A DNA stretch of 54,200 nt, filler included, from Bipalium vagum (taxonomy: Eukaryota), in NCBI GenBank assembly GCA_037834085.1. It is 3 parts of 3 records of this genome, joined end to end, with 100 filler letters (N's around TTAATTAATTAA, not from the genome) between each part and the next. Parts side by side here need not be neighbours in the genome. Positions count along the whole stretch, not along the records: positions 1 to 15,914 come from JBBMKC010138931.1; positions 16,015 to 36,956 come from JBBMKC010244254.1; 1 more part is not named here. One strand, given 5' to 3'. The position numbers were made by a program, and so were the translations under genes. Below, in pieces: positions 12,700 through 25,673 of the stretch. Position 1 is the stretch's first letter. Each line of letters starts with the position of its first letter. The notes beneath the pieces were generated by a model. The model did no database searches. It was given only the letters and a program-made list of their open reading frames with translations, and had not been told where the DNA came from.

Positions 12700-12960
12700 A
12701 AAAAAACCACATTTTCGGAGGCTTTGTTTTTTGGTTTTCATTTCAAAAGAAATTCAGCAGAAAGTCAGTATGAAGCTATTTCAGATTATCTTCAACAATT
12801 CAAAATGGTTAAATAACGGTCAATCAAAGCACTTTTCAAATGAAGATTTGCAAATAATGTTGATCGAAGGTTGATCCCCAACAATTGAAACAATGTCAGA
12901 AGTCATTAATGTAAATAAATCTACCATTAGCAGACGATTAAAAGCCATTGGATAAATGTT
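12700..12960 (+). mobile_element. Mos1-like mariner N-terminal fragment
   Basis: HFREALFFGFHFKRNSAES ... VINVNKSTISRRLKAIG. Confidence 0.65.
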
Positions 12961-14778
12961 AATTTCCATAATGAGGATGTAAAATAATTTTGAGTCCTTT
13001 ACAATCAGAAGATAAAAAGAAAAGAGACTCGCGTTAAAATAAATAATATTTACCCCTTATACAAGGAACAAGTATAAAAAAGTCCAATATATCCAAAAAG
13101 AGGAAAAGAATAATATTGATGCTGATAATAACAAAAGATAATTGTCTCATATTGATTGCCTGTGCTAGACAGATGTTTTCTTAAATCTATTAATAAATAA
13201 TAAGTCACTCTCATATCTATAATTAGGTACCGCCCTTGTATTTAATTTAATTAAATTCTATTCAAATCTCAATCACAAATAAAAAATAATTATTGATTGT
13301 GTAAATATAAGAGAAAGAGATCAATATTTACTTGAAAAACCCTTTCGTTATGCTCCCTTGTTTATTCCACAGGTCTCTTGCTTGAATCTTTGTAAAGATA
13401 ACTTCACGTTTTATTCTCAAAAACTGTCCTTCGCCGGAAACAACACTTAGACCATGTTCATTTCTCATACCTGTTTCATACCCATTCAATTTTCTGCTAA
13501 ATATATATCCAAAATATCGATTTTGTGAAAGTAGAACTCATTTATCTAAGATTCCAATTATTGTCGATCCGAAAACCTTCACAAAAATATAATTCTCATC
13601 AGAAAACACAAATAATTCTCAATTGGTAAAGATAGGCACAGCAAATGGGAATAATATTTGGTTTTACTTACCGCCTTTGGCGACATATACAGGGTGCTTC
13701 ATAATCAGCAGGCATTTTCTTTGCAATAATGCTTTTTTTAATCATGATAAACCTTGTCTCTCCATTACCCTTTAATACCAATCTTCTGTTCCTGTAAAGT
13801 TCTGATTTTTTCCTATCATTATCATTTTGGTAGAAACGCTTCTCCATGAATTTCCCTCAATTACCATCAACGTTTTTATGAAAACCTTAAATTCTGGCAA
13901 GTATGGGTCTGGAAAAAGAAAACTATGTGAAGCTATTCTTGTGCCTTTCGGTTAGTTTTCTTACTGCCGCGAGACATGTATCATATTTCCGTGGGTATTG
14001 GTTCGAAACCCCTTGATGTTGCTCCACTATCATTGTCTGTCTACCAGGTTTTAGTTTGTAGGAGATTGCATTGATCGATATTTTTCTTCGGGCTGCCATA
14101 AAGTTTTTAAAGGTCTCAAAAAGTAACAGCAAATCGATTGGAGAAAAATAAAAATTGAAAATTAGAATTTATTTGATTACGACATTCACAGAAATATGAA
14201 GAGTTGTTTAATGCTTTAGAGTCTCCACAAAACACACAATAACCGATAAGCAAGTCTTTTATCCTCACAAACTCTGTGAAGAGTGAGTGTTACCAAGAAG
14301 AAGAAGGATATGGAAGGTCTAATGATGAGATATAAAATCCCCAAACTTTTTCTTCATAACCAGAATTGATTTATGAGACCTGGTCACACCAATGGTGTAC
14401 TACATTAAAATAATACTGTATATTCACTGTTTGAACTGATCGGCGACAATGGAATTCGCTGTTAATCATTGTTACGATTTTAATATCCCAATGCATTGGT
14501 CCTTTAAAGTCCCTCCGAACAGACAATGGGGCTTTGTTTTGATAACAGTTTGATTTTCTAGACGGTAAAGCTTATCAAACTTTCCGGAATACATAATATT
14601 ATATATTGTTCATATTTATATCGATCTGGTGTATACCCATTGATTTTGATCTACCTGGTTCATTCTAATCGTTGTTTTATATTCATTTCTAAAGTCCTCT
14701 TCATTAAACCTGGACCTTTATCTTAGATTTAATCGTCTCATTTAAAACTAATGTGATATATAATAATTTTACTTTTAG

Positions 14779-14952
14779 CTGAAGAAACTCGCTCCAGACT
14801 TTTACAATGATCTACCGCATCACACATCATGGTTTCGAGTTCTTTATGATTTTGTGATGGATCCAGAAATTGGACCTTACGCAAGAATAAAAAGAATAAA
14901 GAAGTCTTGTGAGAAAGATGAAAATGAGACCCAGGATGTTAAATCAGATTAG
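14779..14952 (+). CDS. DEGS1: DEGS exon 5 of 5 (last coding exon)
   Basis: Acceptor cttttag|, reads LKKLAPDFYNDLPHHTSWFRVLYDFVMDPEIGPYARIKR...KSD*. Exons sum to 82+267+209+267+174=999 nt (332 aa) with consistent phases. Confidence 0.93.
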   Translation: MKKLAPDFYNDLPHHTSWFRVLYDFVMDPEIGPYARIKRIKKSCEKDENETQDVKSD

Positions 14953-15106
14953 AGAAGAGAGAGAAATATTGTGGACCTTATAATCATTTTAAAAGTTAAC
15001 TGAACACTATTTTCATAATTAAAGCTTCGTTTCGTTATTTAAAAACCTCTGCGATTTTCTGAACAGCCTTGAAATGTTTTTTTTATTTTTTTATTTTACT
15101 TTTTAT

Positions 15107-15112
15107 AATAAA
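15107..15112 (+). promoter_or_regulatory. Candidate polyadenylation signal of the DEGS gene
   Basis: AATAAA about 155 nt after the stop, preceded by a U-rich tract. Confidence 0.4.
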
Positions 15113-15139
15113 TAATGTTTTGTCATACATACTCTTTAG

Positions 15140-15295
15140 CCATACTTAAAGGAAGAAGGTTTCAAGATATTGAGGATATTCAAAGGATCGTTACAGGCAA
15201 ACTAAAGGGTATTCCAAAAGAGAACTTTTTAAAAAGTTTTTGCGCTCTAAATAAAAAATGGCTGTTCCACAGTTCATAAGGATTTATTCGAATAT
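15140..15295 (+). mobile_element. Mariner C-terminal fragment
   Basis: LKGRRFQDIEDIQRIVTGKLKGIPKENFLKSF...KKW. Confidence 0.65.
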
Positions 15296-15744
15296 CTTTA
15301 TATTTTTTCTCACTAGTCATTGAATTGTGAACTTAGAGAGCGAACTTCAGTGGCTATTTGACGAATTGTTCGAACAGATTTTTTAAAGATATCTTCTTGA
15401 CACAATTTTGAAACTGAATTGACATTGGAGACTGGTGTTACCTCAGTTTAACTTTGCATAACACCGAACGATGTTTATATACCTTTAACATCTGAAAGAA
15501 GACGAGCGGTTTCCGACACATTATTTTACAAATATTGTCATAAAATTATACTACCTCATTGTGTACTTAAAATAGATTATTAAAAGAAATTGATATAAAG
15601 ACTTTTCTCACTATTATGATTAAAGGATTAAGTGAATGTATTTGGTTGTGGAATAATTTCTGCATTATTATTAAATAATAAAGTTTAAACAAAATTTTCT
15701 CAAATAATTATTAATACAAAGTTGTTTAAATATTATTATTATAT

Positions 15745-15914
15745 AGTTGGAGGTATTTGAAATTTATTGCAAAAAAATTATTGATTAATCATAATTTTTT
15801 AAGATCGAGGAAGCCATTAAAACTGCTGATATGAAGAAGCATTACCGACATGTTTTGTTTTTTTTATTTAATAAAGGGGTAAATGCGGCAGAAGCGCGAC
15901 GTGAAATATGCAGC
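15745..15914 (+). mobile_element. Mariner 5' end cut by a spacer
   Basis: MKKHYRHVLFF...NKGVNAAEARREICS, a mariner N-terminal HTH. Confidence 0.7.
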
Positions 15915-16014
15915 NNNNNNNNNNNNNNNNNNNNNNNNNNNNNNNNNNNNNNNNNNNNTTAATTAATTAANNNNNNNNNNNNNNNNNNNNNNNNNNNNNN
16001 NNNNNNNNNNNNNN
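15915..16014. other. Artificial 100-bp assembly spacer
   Basis: N44 + TTAATTAATTAA (stop codons in all six frames) + N44. Confidence 0.95.
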
Positions 16015-16089
16015 CTATTGGCTTTTCACACGACTTTTCAGTAATTTTTATAATTTATATGGGTGCGAACAAACTTTTGAAACGCACTG
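16015..16089. mobile_element. Tc1-like terminal inverted repeat end
   Basis: Reverse complement TA|CAGTGCGTTTCAAAAGTTTGTTCGCACCC is a typical Tc1 terminus. Confidence 0.6.
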
Positions 16090-16139
16090 TAATACTCAAT
16101 CTTCAATATGTGCTGAAGGACTATTTTTAGACCTATTTT

Positions 16140-16400
16140 CCAATTTTTATGGTCATCATAAACCTGTCTTTAACAGCTAGGAAATGAAGATTGTTGATGC
16201 TTCCATATTTCCCACTACGACGATGCTACAAGCCTTCATCACATTATGTATTTCATTCCCTTTAAACAATGGAATAATTTCTTCCAAAACGCCTGCCGAT
16301 TTTTCTAAAACCTTTTTCACCTTCATGAAGTCCCACCTACCTATTTCAAAGTCGGATAGCTGTATAAAACTATTCCAAGTCTTATTTCAGTCATACTATT
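16140..16400 (-). mobile_element. Tc1-like transposase N-terminal relic
   Basis: QLSDFEIGR..GLHEGEKGFRKIGRRFGRNYSIV ... LAVKDRF. Shares tctttaacagctag and ttcatgaagtcc with 45400-45720. Confidence 0.65.
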
Positions 16401-19400
16401 ATATGTAATTCTTATCATTCGGGAATTATTAACTTACATATTTAAATGATACGCATACAAAAATGTTGATATCTGATTAAATTAGATTGATTAAACAATC
16501 TGATGCATAATTCCAATTGAATTCATTAAAATAATACGTGGTGCGTTTTTATTGAAAATTAATGTGATAATCAATAAAAATTTTAAGTAAATAAAGAATT
16601 GACAATCTCGTGGTTTCATGTCTTGATTGAATATTCGCATTTACTGTAGAAAAACTAAATGATGAAATGTATGAGCCTTGACCGTTTTGGTGTTAATATT
16701 GGTAAATATTGTTTTTGTAAAAAAATATGTTCTCTAAGAAATTATGAAATAAGCCCTGGTTAATCTCTTAAGTTTTCCCTATTATTATAATTTTCATTAT
16801 TTCATTACAACTTGTACAATGCCATGGCGGTACAGAATCCAATTGAACATTTGGTTGACTGTCATCTCCTCTTCATTTCTCTGTCATCATTGCTATTTTT
16901 CTCTGATAAATATGAAAGCCCAATTTCTAAAACATTAATCCGAAATTGATTCAACCCCAGTCTGAAAACATGGAACATAAAAGGAAAGCAGTAATGAATC
17001 TATCAGAATGTCAAATTTCAGACTTTTTCATTTATTCTCAATTTTTATAATTAAGATATAATTTTAAATAATATTTTTTTAAAAAATTAAATAAACCCAT
17101 TATTGGTAAAAAAAAAAAGAAACCTGTGTGGTGAAAATAAAATAATTTGACGTGAATATGTTAAGATAGACGATTTTTTTCGTTTACTTACAAAACTTAA
17201 AATATCGGCACAGTAAAAGATCTAATGCGTTCCTTTTCTTCACTAGTCTTCCAGAATGCCAGTCAATTTTCCAAAAAAAAATCATAACAGTTTTGTAAAC
17301 TCACTTCTCTGAAATAAAATTGAAAAGGGTAGAATTAACACCTTAATTTGAATCAATAGTTTTCGTAATATATGTTACATTGAGCGGAACAGATGATAGT
17401 CTTCAGGTTCAAATTTCTGACTATATGGAGATTGAGACAAACATTTCCAATGAAATTTTTTGATTTTCTTCTCTTCAATGTGTTGTCGTGTGTTTTCATG
17501 ATGAAAAATGGTTTCTTCCTATTTTACAAAACTAATGACTTGTTTCTTAATTTTCTTTTTTGGTCTACCTAGTTCAGTACAACAGAATTCTTAAATTATG
17601 GCTTCAGTAGTTTGAAATAAGTTGACCTTCACATTTAGCAGTATCACTTTTCTATACCTGGTAGTACATTCTGGTAGTTTTTTCTGAGTTCTTGGCCCAA
17701 CTTAATTGATGTTTATACCCGATGTGATGACAATGTTAGTAACTGCAGTATTTTCGGGTATTTCAATTCTTTTCAAATTAACTACTTGATTTTCTCATAC
17801 TTAAACAAGCTTCGTTTTTTCCGAAAAATATTAAGTATTAAATGCTTGTTTTTATAACATTATTAATTATTTATACTTTAAACTTTATTTATTATTTAAA
17901 GTTTACTTATTTATTATTATTATTTAAACTTTATACTTTATTTTAAAAAATCCTTTTAATATACTTGAAAATTAAATATAAATTAGGATTTTTAATCAAT
18001 GCATTAATTTCAAATTACATTTAAACTTTAAAATTTATTTTTATAAATATCCTTACAACCAGGAACTTTTTATATTTCATCTTGGTTCAAAGTACAGACA
18101 AAGTTTTTAATCTAACCATACTAACAATAATACTTAATTCTTTTTTGTGGGTGAATTTATCACCAGGCCAGGATCAACTCATATTCTTTTACAGTTATGA
18201 TTGCAAAAATAGGCTCACTTTTTGTTTCCATTGAATAAAAAATGTTCGAAAGATTTTTCTTTTATAATTAAAATACAATGAAAAAGTTCGCATCAGTATT
18301 TCTTTCTGCCAATTCATAACGCATCTATTTCTCTCTTTTCGTCTTTTCTTTGTCATGTAAACGGTTTTGAAATTGCTTTTTCAGCTTCCTTCAGTGAAGC
18401 CACTAAATATTTTAAGTTTGCACATCGTCTATGTTCAGTAACGATTGCAGTTCATTGTTTTCAAATATTTTAATTGTTTTCCATGCTCCTTGTCAGTGTT
18501 TAAAATTCCTTTTTTCCAAGTTTGTCAATAAATATTGTAAGTTTAACTTAACTCAGTTTTTTTTCCAAAATTAAATTCTTATTTATAATATTTTTGATTT
18601 GTAACCATTACTGTTGTCGGTGTTATGTTTACTGTAATTTTATCATATAATAATCATAATAACAATAATTAATATTAATATAGTATAATCAATAGTAATG
18701 ATAATTATGAATAATTTAATCAGACCATGCAAATTTTTAATTTTAAAATCGTAATATAAATAATTTAAATAACATTAATTTAAAATGATATCATAAATAA
18801 TTAAATAATAACACAGAATGTAATCGATAATTAAATAATTTTATTTTTAAGAAGATAATTAAATTAATAAATTTGAAAATAAATGAGAAAGGTTAAAATA
18901 ATATTCTGATTTTTGATAGCAAGAAAATAATAGAGAAACGCTGAACTCTAAATCAATTGATGTTCATAATAATAATAATAATATTTCGAATCAATATTGG
19001 AAAAATATTGATTCTAAATTGCATTTCGAGAATGTTACAAAAATATTTTCGATCACAATTCAAAATCGTCTTTTAAGAATTTGATAAATGATGTAACTTT
19101 GATACTTAAGCAAAGATTTTTTGACACAAAATCCCACTTTAATCATTAATACATTTTAAATTTTCAGTCGCCATTTTATATTTTTTATTCTTTTCGAAAA
19201 AGCTTTTTAAAGTGAAAACGTGTTTGTTCTCATTTTGTAATTGAAATGTTTAAATCAATTCTTTAAAAAAGTTCGAAAAATAATTTTTTAATTTTTACAT
19301 ATTTTTTATTTATTAAAATTTAATTGAAAAAAAATAAAAATGAAAAGGTCAACATTTTTATTAATTCATATTTTCAATTATATTTTTAAATATTTATATT

Positions 19401-21339
19401 TATATTAAATATGCTATAAATTTTTTAGTGTTCTACTTTAAAATCAATATTTTATTAACATTAAATTTTTACGAATATTTCATTGAATATTCAAAATCGA
19501 TTTACTCAATTTTCAATGTTTTTTACATTTACATTTTTATATTTTTACTTTAAAACTATTTGCTAAAAAATACTGAAGTATATAAATATATAATTTTTAT
19601 TGATAGTTTAAAATTCTGTGAAAAAACAATAGAATTTATTTTTCAATTAATATTCACAACAATTATTAGTAATATTAATAATGTAAGCAATATTATAAAA
19701 TATAAATTAATAAAAGAAAAATAATTTTTAAAATCAAATTTTATTTAGTTATAATAATTATTATTGTTAGCAGCTATTTCAATGAAGTCACTCATAGTTT
19801 GAAAAATTTTATTCATCCAATAAAAAATAAAATACTTAAACAAATTTCCGTAAATTAATCAATTTAAATAAAGTGTCTCTTTTATTAATTAATAAAAAAG
19901 ATATTCTAAAATTAAATTAATATTTTAAAATTAACCAATACTTTAAATTAATGAATATTCGAATATCGAATTTTAAAAAGGACACTTTATAAAAATTCAA
20001 AAATATGTTCAAATACTCACAATTATTATTATTATTAATTTTGTTGTTTAGTTCTTTATAATTATTAAATCAAAAAAATTCTTATACGATTTTGATAATA
20101 TATTAATTTAATTAATTAAATAAATAAATGGTATTTAACTCATTAATTTAATTCATAAACTTAATCTGAATTTTATTTGGATAAAATATACCAATAACAA
20201 TATGCAATATTTGGGCGCCTCTCTTCTTATCAGACAATAAACATCGGTTTTTATATAATCTTATTTTCTCGGTGCAGTAATTATTAATTTATTGACAATA
20301 ATGACCAATGACACCGCGTACTTCGGCCCAACTATCGTTTTTATGGCATATATTATCTCTACTTCAATGTCCTCTTTACTAAAAATAATCACTTAATTAA
20401 TAAATCATTCGCGTTGTCTATTTCCCCAATTTCCTAAATTAAAACCATCTTTTTATAACCTGGGAAACAAGGAAGGTTTTGAGATCATTTGTCGAACACC
20501 TTTCTGAATTTTGTTGATTTTTTTAAAATCTCATCGGGCTTGTTTAATTTTTTCATTTTTCTTAAAGAAAGTCTTTGGTTTTCCAATCCAAAAGTCATTT
20601 ATAATGGACCGGGAAGAAATATTAATTGATTTTAACAAATGAAAAATTAAACAAATTATTTATATTTAAATGGTTTTTAGTGAAAACTTTATTTCATAGT
20701 TTCTTTTTTTTGCAGGATGAAGATGAGTCCGTTATAATTAAATTATTTGAAAGAACAATTAATTATTTTCCTTATCAGAGCAATTTTTTTCTTTCAATAC
20801 AGATAATATTTTATGCCGTGGTTCCACATTGATTTTTAAATTACATCTGTCAGAAAGGGATTATTTTATTTCTATCACTAGTACCATATCCAAATGGCCA
20901 AGTCCATCGCACTGAGGCTTTTAATTAAAATTTATCAATAATTCGATTAAGTCAACAAAAAATATATTTGCAAAATATACAAATGATAAAAAGTCACATA
21001 ATTGTTTAGTTTTCCTGTGTCATTTTTATTGTTGGTCTAAGATAAGTCATAATTGCAGTTATAAAAAGACTGGAAACCCCGAAACTGGATAAGGCTATAA
21101 TGAGTGTAATCAGGTGTCTGAAGGCATTATTATAATTTGATTAATAAAATTTTTCAGTTGTCACTATAAGGAATGTGATTAGACCATATGAATTTTTAAT
21201 TTTTAATTATTTAAATTAAGTATAATGAACATTTATAATTCTGCTAAAATTAATAAATGATTAACTTTAAATAAATCAATAATTAAATAATCATATTTTA
21301 AAATTAAATAATTCATTTCATATCAAATTAAGTTAAGAT

Positions 21340-21975
21340 TTTAATCATTTCATTGAGGCAAACCAAGTGTAACCAATGATTTTGAAAAGTTCAGCCGGAA
21401 AGATTTTGCTTGGAAATTAAAAGCTGTAGTCATCTATAAGTTTTGCTAAATGACCTTCTGGGATTTGCTAAATATGTGAAGCATTGAACTCAAAACCCAT
21501 TATTACAAATTTCTGTTTAAGTTTTTTGTTAACAAGAATGATTATTGTCCCAAAAATTACGTATCTGTCCGTAAAATGTTCGAGAAACTACATAATTTGA
21601 GTCGAGGTTCGGTTAAGAAGAAATGATGTAATCAAAAATCCGACAAAGAATGTTTGAGAAATTCAACGTGTCAGGCTTCATTCAACATATTCTCCATACA
21701 TCGCACCAAGACAGTCTTCCAGTTTATCGATTATTTGGAAAATGCCGTCCAGAAAATGTGCTTTGACTATTAGATTGTCGTTAAAACTCTTCGATTTGTG
21801 TGGTCTATTTATACGAATTTCTACACCGCTGAAATAAATAAACTTTTTCAGGTTGATAAAAACCTATCGTATGGAAAATTTGTTACTTTGATTAAAAAAA
21901 TAGTGTCTGAAATGAATTCTAATATGTTAAACTTGAAGTTGAAAAACCTACATTATTTTTGCACCCATCTCGTAA
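21340..21975 (+). mobile_element. Highly decayed mariner relic
   Basis: TYSPYIAP (YSPDIAPSD-like), a WD..ELL-like segment, and a TIR-like end ttatttttgcacccatctcgta. Confidence 0.5.
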
Positions 21976-24479
21976 TTATTTAAAACTGAACTGATTTGAA
22001 AGTCTCAATGTGAGTTCCTCTCTTTCCCAGAAAAGTCCTTCGTTTCTCGAACCGAAGATATATTTAGTTTTTCGGAAATTAGAAACTTCTTATTCTTTGG
22101 TAAAAAAAAAGTGTTGACACTAATGGATCTTGTTTCAATTAATACACTTTTTTGAAGTTAAGACTGAAAAAATCAATTTATTTATTTAATTTTTAATGTT
22201 CCAAAAAGTTTTGTATAGCTATATCAAACTTTATTATTTAAAATCTTGTGTAACAAAGAAATCGATATTTCCAGCTATTCTAAGGTGGTAAGTAGAGTTT
22301 TATGGTTAATAACATTTATCAGTCACAAAATTCGATTACCAATTATACATGTACAATAGTCCAATAGAAAGATATTCGAAATATGATGATGAAAACTTTC
22401 TTTTTTGTGATGTCCATATTTTGTTTTTCAATATCCTGCTTTCTGACGTTCTGTTATTCTATCTTTCATGTGCAACTAAAAACATTCTTAATTTCTGAAC
22501 CGCATTAAAACTATGAGAACTATTGTCAAAGCATGAGATATTTTGATTTTAAAACTATAAGTCAACTAATAAAAAAAACTAAAAATATAATTTAAATGTA
22601 AAGATGTAAAGTTTATTATTATAGAATTGTAATAATAAATTAATGATGCGAAATTTAATCAATATTTTAATTTTATCGACAAATTTTAAAAAATAAAGAA
22701 TTGAAAATCTCATGGAATGATAATTTAGTTCATTTTAAGAATGATATTTTCATTCTAAACTTTCTTTACTTTTCATTCTGGGAAATTTGCAGAGGCCTTG
22801 TGTATAGTTGTAGTTTTGGTTTTCCAAATAAAATTATGAAATTAATTTAAATTACGAAAAACCATACCTTGTTTTATTTTAGCGCTTATACGGACTGTAA
22901 TATTTTAAAATTAAAATAAAGTAAACTTGTAAAAGTTATCATTTTTATTATTTAAAGTTGCTGAATATTTTTTTATAATTACCTTTGCAGACAGATTTGT
23001 TTTAGATTAATTAATGTGTAATTTATACTCAATTTTAAAACTTTAGAAAAAGTTCAATGAAAAGATTTAATAAAAAGAGTGTATTCCTCTGAATGTTCTA
23101 AGATCCATTGATGTTAATATTAATATACTTTTATAAATTAAAACAATTGAGAAATTTGAATGATACCATGAAAAGGTACCTTTGGATTAAGTAACCACGT
23201 GTAAAAATTTTGAAATAGATTTAGTCAGAAGAACTAATAAACATTTCCGAATTGCTAACTCGAAAACGAAAACTTGATAACTTAACTTTTATCCAATATC
23301 CAAAATGAATATTAAAAACTCAGAGATCTTTGATGATAAAAACTTTATAGAATCCAGGTTTTAATTAGTATGAACAAAGTGAAATCTATTTTCAACCACA
23401 ACCCATAGTTACAGAACTATTTTATTAATAGGTTTTATTTTTAAAATGTGACATTGACAGCTCAAAAGAAATCAGTCATACAAACTAACTTGGAAGAATA
23501 AGCGTATGATTTGTAAATAAGTTAATTGAATCAAGGAAAAATTATAGATCAATTAAGCTTGAATAGTCTTATCAAGTAATAGAATGATTTTCCGATTCCA
23601 AATTGGGTTCTGGAATGATTAACGTTTGCTATTATTGTAGAATGCACGTTAAGATTTTCAGTAACTATGTTTTTCTGCAGTCTTAAAAGTGTAATGAAAT
23701 GATGACTGATACAATTCATTGTTTTATTAATAAAATCAATAAATCTTTAATTTTTAAATCTAAACTAAGATTTTATTAAAATAATCAATGTTATTCTGAT
23801 AAGTCATTATTTCTTTTCTATTTTGCTATATTTTTTAAAAACAGATTATTAATGAAAGGATGTTATTAAATTTTATTATTTTTATTTAATTTATTTAAAG
23901 TTTTTAAGGGAACAAATTTATCTAAATTATTAATTAAAGTTGTTAAGAAATCGAAAATTTTTGTTTAAATATTACTTTCTTCAGCAGGGAAGGCTTTCAA
24001 TGCATTTTCAATGATTTCAATTGAAAACTTACACGCTCACAAATTACCAGTCACTAACATGGCGGCCACGCCATAATTTTATGAATAATTTTTATATTGT
24101 ACAACTTTCCGTCATCTATTTAACAATCAGAAAATTAATTAACTTAGTAATATATTGATTAAAATATTACGGAACATTATTCTGAAACCAATGTTAATTA
24201 AAATTATAATGTAATGATTTGAGTATAAATACTTAAAAGTTTTATCTAACAAAAAAAATGTCTCTTTTCATTACGATTTAAATGAAACATGTTTTGTTTA
24301 TTAATGTTTTAAAATTCGCTTAATCTCTTTTAAAAATCTTTTTGGGGCCAAACATGGCCGTAAAATGTGAGATTTTAGTAATTTTACGCGACATTATTGT
24401 CAAATAATTTTTTCGTCTCGAAACAGTCAGTCTTATTACATAATTTGAATATCCAGAAGAGATAAACAAGAAGAAACCC

Positions 24480-25030
24480 ATACAGGTGACTTTAACCACC
24501 AATGTTAATCCCACTACGGAAAGGTATCCGTGTTTGATGAAAATCTTTTGATAGAATCTGTTGAATCCAATCCTTCTCATTCAATTTGTGAATTACGCGG
24601 TGATATCATCCAACGACATCTTCATTTGGAGTGATGGAGTTCTCTTCTTTGAACTTTAGTCTGTGAAGTTATTTAAAATCTGATTCATAACAATTTAGGA
24701 GATTGCATGAAGTTATGACAACAAAATATTCTTTTTTAATCAATCGAAGATTTTATTTGAATCGAATAGTGCAAGATCTAAAAGTAATGGCAACTATCAA
24801 TCACTTTGATGGAATTGAACTATTACCAAATCCGATATATTCGAAGATGTCGCAGCTTCTAACTTTCAATTTTAGAAGAATGTATCCGAATGCTATGAAA
24901 GGCAGGAAGTTAGTCATAACTAACTGAAAAAATTTTGTGACTCCAGCCTTGCAAAATGACTCTTGTCCGTCAAAACAATGGATTTTATTTTTGTTCATGA
25001 ATAACAATTATCGGTTTTAACTTTTTAGCC
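24480..25030 (+). mobile_element. Highly decayed mariner relic
   Basis: VSVFDENLLIESVESNPSHSICEL (HTH2) and GIELLPNPIYS (WEVLPHPPYSPD-like). Confidence 0.55.
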
Positions 25031-25673
25031 TAATTTAGAAAACATAATAATTATAGTTGTTATGAAAACGCTTAATGCGGGCCACATCCGTTAAGCGGAG
25101 TTAAATATCAATGATAAACTAATCTTGACTATCAATTTATTTATATTAAGTTTCTACATCAAGTAATAAATAAAATAAAACAATAAAAGGAATAAATTCA
25201 ATAATAATACTAATAAATTCAAATAATGTTGATGCAAGACCGGTAAATTTAAGCAATATTTAAACAAATTTACCTTAATTAATAAATTAATATAATTTGC
25301 TTGAGTTATTTTAAAATTAACAATTTTAAAACACAAAAAGATAAAATAAGAAAAAAATTTAAAAATTAAGACTTTTATTTAACATTAACAACTTCGTTTA
25401 TTTTGCCACATTAACTGGTGAATTTCAATTATGCAATGCTATCAATCCGTTCCGTTTTTGACTATTTTTGCTATATTATGTAGGTTTCACTGTTTTATTT
25501 CAAATGCTGTATTATAATATAAAACTGTAATAATAAAAAGTTCCAATGGTTTGATAATCAAAATGTTTTTGAATATTCTCGTTTCTTTTAGCATATAATT
25601 GTACTAATTTTAATCAAAATATTCCCTCATCATAACAACCCAGTGGAAAGTTTAACAGATACCTTTTTCGTAG

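Noticed and set aside
13935-14030. GGTTCGAAACC B-box-like motif
   Set aside because: No convincing A box or cloverleaf and no clear alignment to the tRNA-Ala family.
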